From Rhodospirillales bacterium (GTDB lineage Bacteria; Pseudomonadota; Alphaproteobacteria; Bin95): DNA of 23,894 nucleotides. The notes below the pieces were generated by a model. It had not been told where the DNA came from. It saw nothing but the letters and a program-made list of their open reading frames with translations, and did no database searches. Below, in pieces: positions 21,936 through 23,894 of this stretch. The position numbers were made by a program, and so were the translations under genes. Position 1 is the stretch's first letter. Each line of letters begins with the position of its first letter. The DNA is taken from assembly GCA_038143065.1 (NCBI GenBank), contig JAYQLI010000028.1:1-23894 (forward strand), read 5' to 3'.

Positions 21936-22073
21936 GGTGCTGTCAGACGAATGAGAACTCGCATCAGATTACAGGCGCAGCCTGAACCTATGCGCTCAAT
22001 AGTTGGCGCCACTCAGCAAGAGCAGCGGTTCGATTGAGCTTGAAATTGTCTCGTGAGTAGAGGTGGCGTTCCT
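21936..22073 (-). mobile_element. IS6-family right-end fragment
   Basis: End ggtgctgtcagacgaatgagaac, identical to that at 8069. Encodes QERHLYSRDNFKLNRTAALAEWRQLLSA*. Confidence 0.85.
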
Positions 22074-22282
22074 GTACCCTCTCACAATTAACCTAACCTC
22101 ACACCCAGCCTGTTTAGCGCATTAAGCGAACTCATAGCGCCCTCGGCAGGCAAACAGCCGCCTAACCTCATGCCAAAGCAAACATGTTTGCAGCGATGCG
22201 CAGGCGTGCGGGCGCGTGGCTGAAAATGGACCCACAAATCAAGAATCAAATGAGGAAATTCTACGTGGTTCCACGCCACTTT

Positions 22283-22305
22283 GTCTCGCTGAGCGTCTCG
22301 CTGAG
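22283..22305. repeat. Tandem 11-bp direct repeat (possible integrase arm-type sites)
   Basis: gtctcgctgag at 22283-22293 and 22295-22305, about 45 bp from the att-like core. Confidence 0.55.
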
Positions 22306-22348
22306 ATTTACTCATTTTTTAGGATATTTGGCTATGTGTTTGATTTTA

Positions 22349-22363
22349 TGGTGCCCCCACACG
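22349..22363 (-). other. att-like core: duplicated tRNA 3' end (probably tRNA-Thr)
   Basis: Minus strand cgtgtgggggcacca ends in ACCA and matches my recollection of the alphaproteobacterial tRNA-Thr(TGT) 3' end. Upstream sequence does not form a cloverleaf. Confidence 0.6.
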
Positions 22364-22573
22364 AGCTGCGAGAACCGGCTCTTTTTCCCTTATTTATATG
22401 GGTGATGTGGACCACGCTTTTGCCTCAAACGGCCCTAAACATATCAATAACTTATCAGAATTGTGGACAACGTTTTTCATTTTCAAAAAACAGATGCACC
22501 AGTAGATCCTCAAATTGGTCCTCTATAAGAATTTGTTGAACTTTGACTGAAGACGCCAAGCTGAAAGATCGTC

Positions 22574-22618
22574 GGCCCAGATGGCGGTCGGTTTTGGATC
22601 CCCGCTGTCATCTGGGCC
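22574..22618 (-). terminator. Stem-loop downstream of the TIR gene (possible terminator)
   Basis: ggcccagatg...catctgggcc, a 10-bp perfect outer stem just past the reconstructed stop; no clear U-tract. Confidence 0.4.
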
Positions 22619-22626
22619 AATCAAAG

Positions 22627-23626
22627 CTAGTCTTTGTCGATTTGGTCTGCGATGCGCACCCGGCCTATTTCAAGTTGGTGAGAAATGGCTCGATCAACCA
22701 TATGCGGCAACTCTCGCGCCAACATATGTGCACTTTTGCTACGGCCAATTAGTTTTTCACCCAGTGGGCTGTGGACCATAAAATCAATCGTTCGCATGAC
22801 GCTGTGTGCAACTTCCTTGCGTTTTCGGGGGTGCCCGACCTGATTTCTCGATGGGCTTCCACAAGAACATCAGCAATCCAAGGCATTCTTTCCCGGACCA
22901 TCCCAGAGATCACGAGCAAGGACATATCGAGTTCACCACGCTCCATCGACATATACATGAGTTCGTCGATCATTTTTGGGTGAATGTCGCGATAACGCCT
23001 TTCACGATATTCAATATCCCGCTCCATAACCTCTGGGTCGAAGTCGCGCATTCGACTGTTCAAACCACGAACTTGCGACACCAAGTCTTCCATAATTTCG
23101 GTTTGAGGCCGCATGTGCTTTTCAGTCTCGGCCTTCGCAGGAATGGCATCTAACTTTTCTTGCAGTTGCGACCATAGTGCAGGGACCAATTGTTCGATGG
23201 TTCCATCGCCAGTCTTGTTATCCGAAGCAACGTTGATTGCCTTCAGGGCATCAAGCATCCCCTGTTCATCAACCTTCAGGGCTTGGAACTGTTGCAGCGG
23301 TCCGCTTAGGTCGCTTAGTTCAAGTCCAAAAAAAGAAGGGGAATGACCTTGGCGTCCTGCATGGCTTTCGAAAGGGCACCTGCTTCAAACATGATCCATT
23401 CGGACGAAATATTCTCCGGAGTGATGCACAGAATTCCAAAATTCGAACTCTCAAGTTCACCCGCGATGGCTTGCGCCCATCGGTCGCCCGCAGAGATGTC
23501 CTTGTCGGAAACGAATGGTTCGGCGTGTTGAACGATCAAAGGTATCCATTCTTTCAATGCGTTCGCCATCGCTTTGCTGCGCTTGCCACTCCAACTTATG
23601 AAAACCTTCAAATCACTTCCCGTCAA
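22627..23626 (-). CDS. TIR-domain protein (TIR_2-like N-terminus plus uncharacterised helical C-terminus), frameshifted; stop between 22627 and 22749
   Basis: KVFISWSG..SK..A..LKEW, DISAGDRW, FGILCITPEN.SSEWIMFEAGA (WxxxE), VIPLLF. Frameshift in a T-run near 23330 continues as GLELSDLSGPLQQFQ into ORF 22749-23258. Confidence 0.88.
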
Positions 23627-23894
23627 AATTGTTCTTTTGTCACGGATACACGCTCACAGCAATAAAATCAGCCGAAAAGTGAACAATCTGAATGAAGTGG
23701 TGGGTTACTGCATGCAAATAGTGCGAGTCCACTGGGGAGTAAGGATAATGGCGTTTTGCGCCATATAAATAAGGGCAAGGTGTACCACGTTTTTCAGGCC
23801 CGACCGCGTCAGATGGCCCAAAAATCCCAAAGTGGACCACGCGAGTACCGCGCAAAACAAAAATATCGTTTGTTATCAGCATGTTAGAATAATA

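Larger units (their letters stand above)
22387..23886. mobile_element. Putative integrase-less cassette bracketed by arm-like repeats, IHF consensus sites and a 15-bp IR
   Basis: IR cccttatttatatgg (22387-22401) / ccatataaataaggg (23761-23775). GTG(G/T)AC(C/A)ACG repeats at 22407, 22463, 23780 and 23832. WATCARNNNNTTR matches at 22442-22454 and 23874-23886. Confidence 0.5.

Noticed and set aside
22290-22430. Intact tRNA gene
   Set aside because: Only the last 15 nt match; no T-loop, anticodon arm or D arm can be folded.
22406-22472. tgtggacaa / tgtggacca as DnaA boxes of an origin
   Set aside because: Mismatched and few; better explained as part of the repeat set shared with 23780-23842.
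22088-22781. Short ORFs 22088-22315, 22184-22405, 22216-22539, 22543-22752 and 22581-22781
   Set aside because: No recognisable motifs; they overlap att-like repeats, a hairpin or the TIR antisense strand.
22627-23626. Calling the TIR gene Thoeris ThsB, CBASS or Pycsar
   Set aside because: No partner genes are in the window.

Overview
This looks like an accessory or genomic-island region from an alphaproteobacterium, probably Rhodobacteraceae (inferred from gene families and IS types). Most genes are broken by 1-bp indels, often in homopolymers. That pattern fits uncorrected long-read error, so many boundaries are reconstructed across frames and are approximate. Four co-oriented IS6-family remnants divide the window into modules: (1) cytochrome P450, FAD monooxygenase, sulfatase-family hydrolase, MarR and a TAXI-TRAP transporter; (2) a Tm-1/UPF0261 gene, an IS3-type element and a truncated VapE-type helicase followed by an origin-like iteron array; (3) a lone phenol/3-hydroxybenzoate-type monooxygenase; (4) a hydantoin/allantoin-type racemase, a Liv-type ABC transporter and GntR; (5) a TIR-domain gene. 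Two signals stand out. First, the TIR gene sits next to a tRNA-3'-end att-like core and is bracketed by matching integrase-arm-like repeats, IHF consensus sites and a perfect 15-bp inverted repeat, which suggests an integrase-less ~1.5 kb cassette. Second, a 39-bp hairpin-containing in-frame insertion lies immediately before the catalytic Glu of the IS3 transposase, changing D35E spacing to D48E.
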